Of a stretch of 64,000 bases of DNA, positions 23,241 to 33,261 are shown in pieces (the stretch's first letter is position 1; every line of letters begins with the position of its first letter). Made by a program: the position numbers and the translations under genes. The notes beneath the pieces were generated by a model. That model saw only the letters and a list, made by a program, of their open reading frames with translations, searched no databases and was not told the origin of the DNA. Origin of the DNA: Yuukianura sp. NJ FZ-2021 (Eukaryota); assembly GCA_046563655.1 (NCBI GenBank), contig CM102289.1, positions 2,728,001-2,792,000 of the forward strand, read 5' to 3'.

Positions 23241-23943
23241 ATGGCTGTGTCAGCAGATCAAATCAATGAATGGAAACTAATGGACAACATTTATTTGGCA
23301 AGTCGGAAACTGGAAGAGGCCACAAAAGCTGTATTTCGTGATCGTGATCTTTATTTAAGAAGTATTACCACCGCGGCAAAAACGAAACCCACCGTACTTC
23401 AAGAACCGGAAACCGGTTCGAGTGGAATCTTCGGTAAGGCTTGTACCAAAGTCCTCATGGTATTTGGTGTGCTAAATAGTGCATTTTAATAGTTCACTTC
23501 ACGATGGAAAAAAATTTGATATACATTAGAGAGTAAACATTCGACAAGAAGTCAAATTTTTTTCTCTAAATCAGCACAACTCGTCAGTTTAAATGCGCTT
23601 TTATAAATCTGACTTTTTTACAGGATATTTACCAAGCAAAAAAACTGTTGCGATTGGGGCCGCCGTTGGAGTTACAGCGGTGTTGGCAACTCCATTGCTA
23701 ATTTCTGCCGTTGGATTTGGAGCTGCTGGGGTAACTGCTGGGTCATATGCTGCCGGTTATCAAGCAACATTGGGAGGAGTTATTGTTGCCGGAAGTAAAT
23801 TTTCATTGCTTCAAAGTGCCGGTGTTGTTGGTACTGCCTTAACTACCAAGACAATGATCGGTGTGGGCGGAGCAGCCGTTGGAGCAGGCACATCTGCTGC
23901 TGTGGATAAAATCCGCGGAGGTCCTCTGAAGGCCAAGTACTGA
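23241..23943 (+). CDS. IFI6/IFI27-like (ISG12-motif) protein, 170 aa (exons 23241-23433, 23624-23943)
   Basis: ISG12 motif AVGFGAAGVTAGSYAAGYQATLGGVIVAGSKFSLLQSAG; phase-1 GT-AG intron. Confidence 0.85.
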
Positions 23944-24646
23944 TCCATCTCTACGGATTAATGTTTAACCTATTAAGTACATTCCTGCAAGTGCAATGTC
24001 AAAATTTTTGTTTCGATTTCATACTATGTCTAATACACTACTACATAAATTAACTTAACAAGTAAGTACAAATTGTACATTGTAATTTGCCACTTCTTTA
24101 AACCTTTTCTAAAATCTTTTTTTTAAACAATTTCTGATCTTGTACGCCACAAAATCCTAATATAGTGCCTAGTGCGTCTGCTGTTTCTTAATGACTGTAA
24201 CATTACTGAAGCTGATGATAGTTCCTACTCGGATGAAAATCGAACTACCACTCTCAAGAACTTGTGAATTGATATTAAATTAACACGACTTCAAGTTGTT
24301 TTTGCATTCAAATTCAAGTTGTGGATACAGTTAAAATTTTCAAGTTGTTTTGTATACAGCTTTGTTTATAGTAAAATAAGTTGGGGATACGACATTTTCT
24401 GAATCTGAAATTTTCAAAATTGCCCAAAATCTGCAAATTATTTTATTTTATTCTAATGGTTTCCTATGTTAATTGTTCCGCTTTTCATTTTCAATTTAGT
24501 CGCTGCGCCCATGTTGGCTACTAATCCAAAATTTAAGTAGATAGTATATAACATGTGCTAAATTTTTATAACTTTGGTATTTCACCTATTGCTACCATCT
24601 TTCAGCTAGTGCTCTAAATACGTAAACTGGAAAATTTAAGATGAAA

Positions 24647-27600
24647 CGACTCAATTTATTCATTTGACTACACTTACACCCACCAAATGTGGGTTGAAAA
24701 GGTTATAGAAAAATCTGAGATTATAGTAGAAACACTTCTGTGAGATGATGTCCAGTGGGAAGGGTACCAAGAACGGAAGCTGCATTTCCGCGTTGGGTGG
24801 CAATGCTGAGGCGCTGGAATAAATAAGAGGTTGATTTCTTTTCGCCCGTGGTTTTCATGATCCTTGAACCGATTTCGCGAATGAATTTAACTGCGTCTTT
24901 CCCGAAAACACCAGTAGTCTCGATTGCAACTGCTACGAAGATGTAGTTATTTGAAAGGCTGCTGTAATGTGATTTCTTCCGAGTTTCGGCTTGGTGTGCG
25001 GCGTAACCGGCGTTGGAGGAAGAGTGTTGGACATATGAAGGTGCATAGGTGTCGACACAAGTAAAATCCCAGATTAACGACTTTCCGTTTTTCCAAGGCA
25101 CAAGCGTAAGACCATCAGGATGGCGCCCATCGTGTCTTGAGAGTCCAGGGGGTTCGCGAATACAAGGAGTGTCAGCTGTCCGCAGAGCGCGAAGGATGAG
25201 GTCATTGCAACTAGAATGTCTACAGGATCTTCCGGCACTCTTGGGACAATGGAGACCATGGAGGCCTAGAGAAGTAACTTCCTGACCGCAGTGACAAAGA
25301 TGAGGTTCACAGATGGTGCAACCCAGACGTAATCCGACAGAAATCTGGAAGGCCACATCATCTAAGTGAGTCCCAAGTTGTCTGGCTGGAAGAGCTTGTA
25401 GCCATGCGCCGGAATGTTTTTCTAGGCATGCTTTCAATCTTGCAGAGGACTCCAGCGAGGTTGAATTTTGTATGAGATTCTTGATTTTCTGCTGGAAAAA
25501 TGGTTCAACCCAGGCGTTTTGTGAGTTCAAGTTGGTAGAGATAGGTATTGTGTTTTGCTGGAGGCACCACATTTGACAAGCATCATTGAAAGCTGTATCT
25601 GAGTCGGCAACATGGCTTGGAACTAATTGACGGATAAGATTGCTACTGGAACAGAACGAGGCACAGAAGCAGGGCAGGGCAATTTCGGAAGCTTGATTGA
25701 TCCCGAGACCGCCAAGGTTGACGGGCAGAGAGGATTGAGCCCAGGAATCGGTGGATAAGTTGCAGTTTAAAGTGACTTCCAAACACTGTTTCAAGGCTGT
25801 GTCATAATCCAGGAGATGAGAAGAATGTTTCCACATGGGTGAGCTTCTTAGGAAGTAGACAAGTCGAGGGGTTGAGACCGAAGCACGTAGTAAAAAGAAG
25901 GCGGAATGAGAAGAGATTGACGTTAGCTTCTGAGATAGGTGCTTAAACTCGTCAGTTTTTGTCTTGAGAATCATCTTGGCTGAATCTTCTCCTAAAGCCG
26001 CTCCTAGAAGGGTGACTTCATTGGTAGAAATAATTTTAAGACCGGGAAGAAGATGTTTAAAATCGTCGACGAAGTGAGGCGTATGGTCATTCGTCCCCAA
26101 AATTGACAACTCGCATTTAGAAGAATTTAGTTCGAGTCCTAAATCCCCGGCGGCGGTGATGATAAAGTCTAGAGTTGAGATGACATCACTAGGATCTCCA
26201 CCGATTGTTCCATCGTCCAGAAACCAAAGATTCAATTCGGTTTTAATTTGCGTCACAATCTCGTGGATTGTTAAAGCGAAAAGAGCTGGACCCAAGTTAT
26301 CGCCTTGTTGGACACCTCGTCTAGATTTGATGACGTTCACGCCATGGTAAAGATTCGAGTCGAACTGATATGATTGTGACACGTAAGAAAAAATTGAGGG
26401 ATGATAAATCTTCACCGCATGAAGCAATTTGTCACGACGAAGTTCATTGAAGGCGTTTTTAAAATCCAACTTTAGTAAAACTCTGGAAGAATCATGTGTC
26501 GCGTTACAGTACATCCGGGCTGCGTGGGCTGCGGCTTCGGCGCCTCCGGGGATTCCGACACCCAGTTGGTTTGGGCTAAGGAGAGAACGTAATTCGCCGA
26601 TTATGCCATTTGAGATGACTTTAGAGGTTAGACGTCTCCAGATGTTTCCGATGGCAATCGGGCGTATCCCTCCATCCTTCTTCTTGATACCGATGAGTGA
26701 CGCTCCGAAGAAAATAGGTCTTATCGAATCCGGTAGAGGAGTAGTGGCGACAAAAGCAATGAAGGAGGTAATTTGCTTTAACAAATCTTGACCGGCATCT
26801 CCTGTGGAACTTGAAATTAAGTCCTTAAGGATCTGAGGACGAAGACCGTCAAGGCCACCTGCAGAGCCTGGGCGAAACGATGAAATGGCTTTGGAGACTG
26901 CTGGAGAAGAGATAAAGCCGAGGAAGAGAGAAGACGATTCAGGTGGATCAGGGAAACACGTAGGAGAAGGATGTGCAGGATGCTTTTGTTGTAGACTATT
27001 CAAGGTGTCTGAGTCCTCAGCAGCGACTGTGTCCTCTGATAGTAGTAGACGAAGGGCACCATGAATATCACCATCAGCGAGTTTTGCTTCAACTTTCTTT
27101 CCAACGAATTCTGGACTTGGAGAAGTAGACTTGGTGTTTTGCCTGGTAACAGGAAAATGACCCGCTTGACCCCGCATGCAGTCTGAGATTCTGGATTTGG
27201 TCCAGCTTGTTAAGTTTCCAGCGAAATCTTTTGATGGTAGGCTCAATACTTTGAAAGGCAGAGTAAACAGGTCTTCCCAAGATTGAACAGAGTTTTCGGT
27301 TTGTATTCTGTGAAGAGTGGTGGACAACAAAGATGACAGTTGTACTCTTGCGCCCTTAGGGCATCTTCTGAGGCAAGGGGTAGAGCGTTTCATTGTAGCC
27401 AATCGCAGTCCCAGATCTTCAGTAGAAGACATCTTGGAAGACCAAATGATTCCATAATGATTAAATCCGGATCCTAGACGAACTGGAGCTTTCCTGGTGG
27501 TGACTTCTGGGAAGCATCTTTTCAACAGTTTGCCGAGTGTCAGAGTAGATACGGGAGTAAGTTCGTTATCATGACAAAACGATTTGTACGTATTTTGTAA

Positions 27601-28314
27601 GTCCGTTCTTGATATGAAACAATCTGGAGTAGACGCAACGATGGATGAGGTCAGCCAAACAGTTGTCGTCGATGAAGGAGGAGTATGGGTACTGTCGTGT
27701 TCCAACCCGCATCCGTCGTTTGGACCGGCTCCGGAACACTCCACAGTGGCTGTGTTTACAGGCTGGCTTGATTTTTCAAGTGAAGCTGTTGAAGTTCCGG
27801 CGCAGGAAGGGCAAAACCAAGGACCAGTTGGAGCAGCAGATAAACCAACACAATTGAGATGAAACCATTCGATTTCGCAAAAGTCTCCGTTTTCACATCC
27901 GATCAATACTTGGTTTTCATCCAAACTGTTGTTGTCTTGACAAAAACAAAATTTTTTATTTTTATGACACGCTACTTTTTTGCGAGGCATCCTGGATTTT
28001 CGTGGATATTCTGATTGGTTGACTTGGAGACGGAACTTGATGGTGGCAATGTTTGTTTTTCAGTTGTGTAACTTGTGACGAACCGATGAGACTTCTAGTG
28101 GACGTTTTCGATGACAAAATCGGGCCAGTTGAAGGGGACCGAAAGAGTGACAGGTCCAAAAATCACCTCAAAAGATCCGCAACAATACGAGCAACAAGAT
28201 GAAACAAGCAAAAGTCGACAAAACTGAAACCTCCAACGCCAAAAGATCGAAAAGATCGGAGCCAATATTTGCGTGTTTTTGCTTTTTAATTTAATAATTT
28301 TTTAGATGAAAAGT
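24647..28314 (-). mobile_element. Full-length RLE-type (CRE-clade-like) non-LTR retrotransposon
   Basis: Single intact ORF; short 3' UTR with hairpin ACCCAC..GTGGGT (24678-24694) and AATAAA (24655-24660); candidate TSD TTTAAGATGAAA at 24635-24646 and 28315-28326. Ends are tentative. Confidence 0.85.
24721..27990 (-). CDS. PHD + RFX-like winged helix + reverse transcriptase + zinc knuckle + restriction-like endonuclease, 1089 aa
   Basis: PHD C15-C63 (FCFC..LIGCENGDFCEIEWFHLNCVGL..PTGPWFCPSC); wHTH W112-W183; RT motifs SAGGLDG, GGIRPIAIG, QLGVG, LDFKNAFN, GVQQGD, WFLDD; CHC..HGLHC; RH, HPDG..WD..AIET; CRE-like C-terminus QRLSIATQRGNAASVLGT. Confidence 0.92.
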   Translation of the reverse strand: MPRKKVACHKNKKFCFCQDNNSLDENQVLIGCENGDFCEIEWFHLNCVGLSAAPTGPWFCPSCAGTSTASLEKSSQPVNTATVECSGAGPNDGCGLEHDSTHTPPSSTTTVWLTSSIVASTPDCFISRTDLQNTYKSFCHDNELTPVSTLTLGKLLKRCFPEVTTRKAPVRLGSGFNHYGIIWSSKMSSTEDLGLRLATMKRSTPCLRRCPKGARVQLSSLLSTTLHRIQTENSVQSWEDLFTLPFKVLSLPSKDFAGNLTSWTKSRISDCMRGQAGHFPVTRQNTKSTSPSPEFVGKKVEAKLADGDIHGALRLLLSEDTVAAEDSDTLNSLQQKHPAHPSPTCFPDPPESSSLFLGFISSPAVSKAISSFRPGSAGGLDGLRPQILKDLISSSTGDAGQDLLKQITSFIAFVATTPLPDSIRPIFFGASLIGIKKKDGGIRPIAIGNIWRRLTSKVISNGIIGELRSLLSPNQLGVGIPGGAEAAAHAARMYCNATHDSSRVLLKLDFKNAFNELRRDKLLHAVKIYHPSIFSYVSQSYQFDSNLYHGVNVIKSRRGVQQGDNLGPALFALTIHEIVTQIKTELNLWFLDDGTIGGDPSDVISTLDFIITAAGDLGLELNSSKCELSILGTNDHTPHFVDDFKHLLPGLKIISTNEVTLLGAALGEDSAKMILKTKTDEFKHLSQKLTSISSHSAFFLLRASVSTPRLVYFLRSSPMWKHSSHLLDYDTALKQCLEVTLNCNLSTDSWAQSSLPVNLGGLGINQASEIALPCFCASFCSSSNLIRQLVPSHVADSDTAFNDACQMWCLQQNTIPISTNLNSQNAWVEPFFQQKIKNLIQNSTSLESSARLKACLEKHSGAWLQALPARQLGTHLDDVAFQISVGLRLGCTICEPHLCHCGQEVTSLGLHGLHCPKSAGRSCRHSSCNDLILRALRTADTPCIREPPGLSRHDGRHPDGLTLVPWKNGKSLIWDFTCVDTYAPSYVQHSSSNAGYAAHQAETRKKSHYSSLSNNYIFVAVAIETTGVFGKDAVKFIREIGSRIMKTTGEKKSTSYLFQRLSIATQRGNAASVLGTLPTGHHLTEVFLL

Positions 28315-28377
28315 TTTAAGATGAAAAGTTTTTTTTTTGCGTATTGTTCCGCTTTTATTTTCGGATATGCCTCGCGT

Positions 28378-29986
28378 TTAGTTGATTACCGTCACATTGC
28401 CTATTTGGAAGAAACGAACTGCTCTTCCGTTGAGTGGTTGAACAGGTCGAAAGTTGAAACTGGACGATTTTCCAGTAAGTCGTATGTGAAGAAACTCGTT
28501 CATCTGAAAAGTGAAACAAAAATTGAAACATTTGACAGTAGGTACTATAACCGATATGTTTCAATTGGAACCGAAATGACAACTCTTGAGCAAATTTTGA
28601 TGTTATTTACCTAGTTTTCTTCACTTTCAGGTTTTGTTTCAGCGGTGATAAAATGCTTGTGGAATATGAATATGGAATAAAATGTAACTTACTTGACGCA
28701 CGGAGATCGGTACTGTAGGTAAGAAAACCGTCCAGACGACTTTTTCGTCACAACCTGGTGTTGTAAGGGATCCCATGTATCGTGCAAAACCTGTTCGTTT
28801 TGGTAAGAAACTGAACATGTTGATTGGAAGGTTGTTGAATTCGACGACTGGACCTGGAATTTTTAACTTCTGCAGTGTAGTAACTACTGAATTCAATCTG
28901 GCATTGTCATACTCCGCAAGCTGGAATTAAAAAAATAAACAAAGTTTTAAGTTTTAAGCTCAAATTTCATTTCTTTAAAGAAGAATGCGCGAGTTACGTC
29001 GAAAAAAACACCAATGACATGAAGTGCATCTGCGTCACTAGAACGAGAAGCTTCTGTAAGCGACTTAAATTTTTCCTTGTAGTGAACAATATGTAGCTCC
29101 AATGGAAAAGCACGGTGACAAATATTGTGCTCAGATCCTGTTCCATTATGGACGCCTGCTCCCCAGTGGAAGTGGAACTGCGCGACAAAGTAGCACGAAC
29201 TCAATCCCAATCCACACATGCGCATGTCACTTGTGGCCTCAGATTTATTTGTAAAGACGTATTGCACTAAAGTATAAAAACAATCAACAACAAAATTTAA
29301 GCAGAATAATTTGCGTTTACTCTGTGTCCCAAAATCCTGGCGATCTTCGATGCAGCCGAATCTAAAAATCTAAAAATTTGACATTTTGAAAACCCATTAG
29401 AGAAACTGAATATTCTGTGTCATTTTCTTTAAAACTCTCGTTTCCGAAAAAAAAAATCAGAGGTGAATTGACGGGAAAACAAAAGGTTACGTGGAACACC
29501 CAGTAAAATTGTTTCGACTTTTCTGAATTTAATAACCAAATCTGAGTTTGGAATTAAATATTTTGTGTTGCTACTAACCTGTATGCCTGTTGTTTTGTCC
29601 GTATAAAGTGATGGTCTTATCGTTATAATACTGGGAATTTAGTTTCAATTCCAATGGTTCAAATTTTTGATTTTTTGGAACGTTAATGTCAATTGGAGAC
29701 TGCTTCTTTCCCGTTTGGCAAGATCCTCCCCAACTTGAACTTTTTGGACCACACTCAGGCTTGTCGTAGCAAAACGAATGGGCTTGAAAAAAATATATAA
29801 TTTGTAAAACATTTTTTTTTCAATTATTTTTTTAAATTTATAAGAAAGATGTAAATTTAAATTGATTTTGCTATGACTAATCTAGAGTTTGTTACATGCA
29901 GTATCAACATGGCCTGCGGCATCTACTTGCGCCAATATGACAAATCCCAGTGCCAAGAGTAGTTGAAGTTGCATTAAGTGTTTCAT
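28378..29986 (-). CDS. Secreted alpha-carbonic anhydrase A (exons 29986-29896, 29782-29579, 29266-28998, 28920-28693, 28503-28378)
   Basis: Signal peptide; QSPIDI, NNRHT, QFHFHWG, GSEH, ELHIVH, YMGSLTTPGC, NFRPVQPLNGR. Confidence 0.92.
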
Positions 29987-30740
29987 TTTGTCACGGAAAA
30001 AAACTAACAACCAAAGTTTAACACTGCTTAAATTTAAAAAAAAATGAAAATTTGCTTTAATCCAATTTGTAATACCTAGCGCGCGACTTTTTATATTCAG
30101 AATTTCAATAGTACGTCAAAAAATTTTCGACAGTTCCAGTAAGTTCATCAAACTCTTTAGCAAAGCATAGGACAACTCCCAATTGTTCCAAATTATTCAT
30201 AATGTCGATGAACTTACAAACGAAAATCCAAAGTTTTGGAACCTCTTGACTGAAGTATTATTTTGTAGTTTCAGGTTAAATTTAGGCCAAAAGTTCGGCA
30301 ACAAAAAAAGGCATGTTCAAGAGACTTTTGTTTTTTTAACAAAAAATCCAAATGTCAAAACTTTTTGAATGATGTATTCTATTGTGCGTTCAAATTAAAA
30401 AACTAAAAGTTGATGCTAGAGCGATTCCCATCCTTTTGAAATCTATAGCGAAAACTCTCACTTTTTTTTATTCTGTTGTTTTCAATTAGTAAATAGTAGC
30501 GAATTTTGTATTTCTAACGGTTCTTTTCTCCAAAAGTTTCCGTTTGAGTTTATTGTGAATCACGATTAATTTAAACTAATACTCCTTATTTCAATCCCGG
30601 CAGCAAATTGTCTTCGTAGGGAATAAGTTTTACTTCTATACACTGCAAAGCACTTACCTTTTTTGAAGAAAAATCTACTTCCTTGTTCGTTTTAGACAGC
30701 AAAAAATACCAAAAAAAATCATCAATTGCATGTACGACAA

Positions 30741-32348
30741 TCACGTATTCGTCGCCTCAGACAATATAAAATCCGCCGCCTTATAAAATGCAATTTGTCT
30801 TCCGTTGAGAGACTGAGTTGGTCGAAAGTTAAAATCAGAAACGCCCTCATCATTCCGCACTTGCCGAAATTTCTTCATCTAAAAACAGGTTTTTTTTTAC
30901 AAAATTTTTGCAAAATTTTGAATTTAGAGTAAGCTTTTGCAAAGCAATAACAGTCCAGAACTTACTTGATTTTCAGAAATAGGAAACGTGGAGAGAAACA
31001 CAGTCCAAACAACTTTTTCGTCACAAGTAGGTGTCGTAAGTGATCCAAAGTATCTTGCAAAGTCTTTGTGTTTCGGATACAAATTTGACACTTTCAGGGG
31101 TAAGTAAAAGTCCAAAACTTTTGCTGGAGTGCGCAAACTCTGCAAGGCCAAGACAATTGAGTCCAACCGAGGGTTGTCCAATTCGCTAATCTAGGTTTAG
31201 GAAATTAAGAAATTTAAAAAATTAGTAATTAAAGTTAATTACACACTGAATTGCAAAACCGCGTAAACCGAAAATCCGAAGGGTCTTGGTCAAACCACAT
31301 TCCTCAACAAACCAAAAACGCTTCCGTGTTCATATTTTAAAAGTGGTATACCATTTCGCTCTACATTGAACTAAAATCACTTTTTTTTTTTAAAATCCGC
31401 TAGATGTTAGAAAATTTCAGCCCTCTCGATGTTACATTTGTGAAATTTCGTTAAGTTTAATAAATTAAAAACAATTTACTTGAAAAAGCACGGCCATGAC
31501 TGCCACAGCATCTTTTTCTTCTGAGGAAAGAGCATCTGCAAGGGAAGTGTATTTTTCTTTGTAGTGAACAAGATGCAATTCCATTGGAAATCTTTTTCCA
31601 TTGATTGTGTGTTCGGATCCATCCGAGTCAACTTTGTCCCAATGAAAATGAAACTGGGCAAAGCGGTAGCAACTGGTCAATCCACCTCCGCACAAACTCA
31701 AATTGCTGTGCAGATTAGACGTGTTCCGGTTCAGTTCAAATTGCGCTGAAACAGAACAATAAATTTGAAATCCTCAATCCTCAAACTCCGTGGTGACGTG
31801 GAACGAAAAAATTTCAATTTTGATTTTCGGAATCTCTCATCTTTTTTTAATTCCATTAATATTTGATTCAGAATTTTTATCATTTTTTGAATCTTCAGTT
31901 TCGCTGTATTTGAGTTGTAAAAAAAATGTAATTTCTACTTTTTTAATCAAACTTTTTTTTTGAAAACTTACCTGTGTGCCCATTGTTCTGACCAAAAAAG
32001 TGGTGCATCCTTTCTTGTAAATAGTGGTCATTCATTTCAAATTGTGCGTATTTGAAGTTGACATCGGCCGTTTTAACTGTAATGTCAATCGGAGACTGAC
32101 GCTTGCCGTAGCCACAAATTCCTGGCCAAGTGGAAGGGCCACAAGTCGGATCATCGTAGCAAAAACTGTGGGCTAAAATATATTACAATAAAATTTGAAC
32201 TTTTATAAATGCTATATTTTCATAAATTAATTGTAAAATGAAGCCCGGTCTAGAAATAATACTTACCTGCTACGTTGGGATGTTCAACACCTTGAATACA
32301 AGGTAATGCAATTGAAATCAAGATGACCAAAAGGGTTAACGTTTCCAT
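30741..32348 (-). CDS. Secreted alpha-carbonic anhydrase B (exons 32348-32267, 32172-31972, 31745-31480, 31190-30966, 30878-30741)
   Basis: Signal peptide; QSPIDI, NNGHT, QFHFHW, GSEH, ELHLVH, YFGSLTTPTC, NFRPTQSLNGR; same intron positions as CA-A. Confidence 0.92.
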
Positions 32349-33261
32349 GATTTTGGCTTGCACCTTCTAGTAACTAACTGAGACTCAAAATTAAGAATGC
32401 TGCTTCTGCTGACTTTCGTGACGCTAATTCTAGTTATTTTGGAACTATGCAATTTGCAATTTTATGTAATCCTTGTATAATGCAGTACTGTACTAACCCT
32501 TAAACTCAGGGAAGATTTGTTAAACTCCAACTACTAATTATGGAGAAACTAACACTGGTTTCAATGTCGGTACGACTATGTTGGAGGTCAGTTGACAATG
32601 AGTTGGGGGTTGGAGGTCAAGAACCAATTTAAAGTAATGTTTTTAAAGCTATTTCTAAAATAGCATCACTTCAACTTGTCTTCATCCTAGCCGCGGAAAC
32701 CACAAAAGCCTCAAGATAGGGCGGAATCAACGAAGATTTTTAGTAATAATGAAGATGCTATCGATACTTGTTCTTAAGTTAGGCAGAAGTTAACTAAAAA
32801 ATAATCTAACCGTTAAGGAATTATCTAATCAACAAATTAGTTTCAATTACTTTGAATACAGTTACTAATTGCTTTAGTTTTATCTGTTGAAAGGAGCAAA
32901 AGCTGCGGTTAGAACTTTTATAATCAATTTACATTTCAATTAAAATTAAGTTAACAATTAAGACGCGACCTTGAGTCTAACATTATTCCAATTTTCGGGT
33001 TTTACCAACCTATTTAACATAACGAGTTCTTTCGCCTTGCTACGACTTTCAAAACCAACTTACACAAAGTAGTAAAAACTAAAAGTTTTTCTAGCTTTAT
33101 CAAAATTTTCGTAATTTCATAACTACAAAGATTCCTTTTACAAAACTAATTCTAATCTAACTTCTTCATCGTATTCATAACGTAACCTCTCTACTTTGCG
33201 CTAGTCCTTCAAAATGTAAAGTTTTGAGATGTGAAGAAGTAGTCTTTTGCGAATGTCAACG

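Noticed and set aside
25049..27862. Antisense ORFs within the RLE element
   Set aside because: Expected shadows of a long ORF with moderate GC content; no domain evidence.
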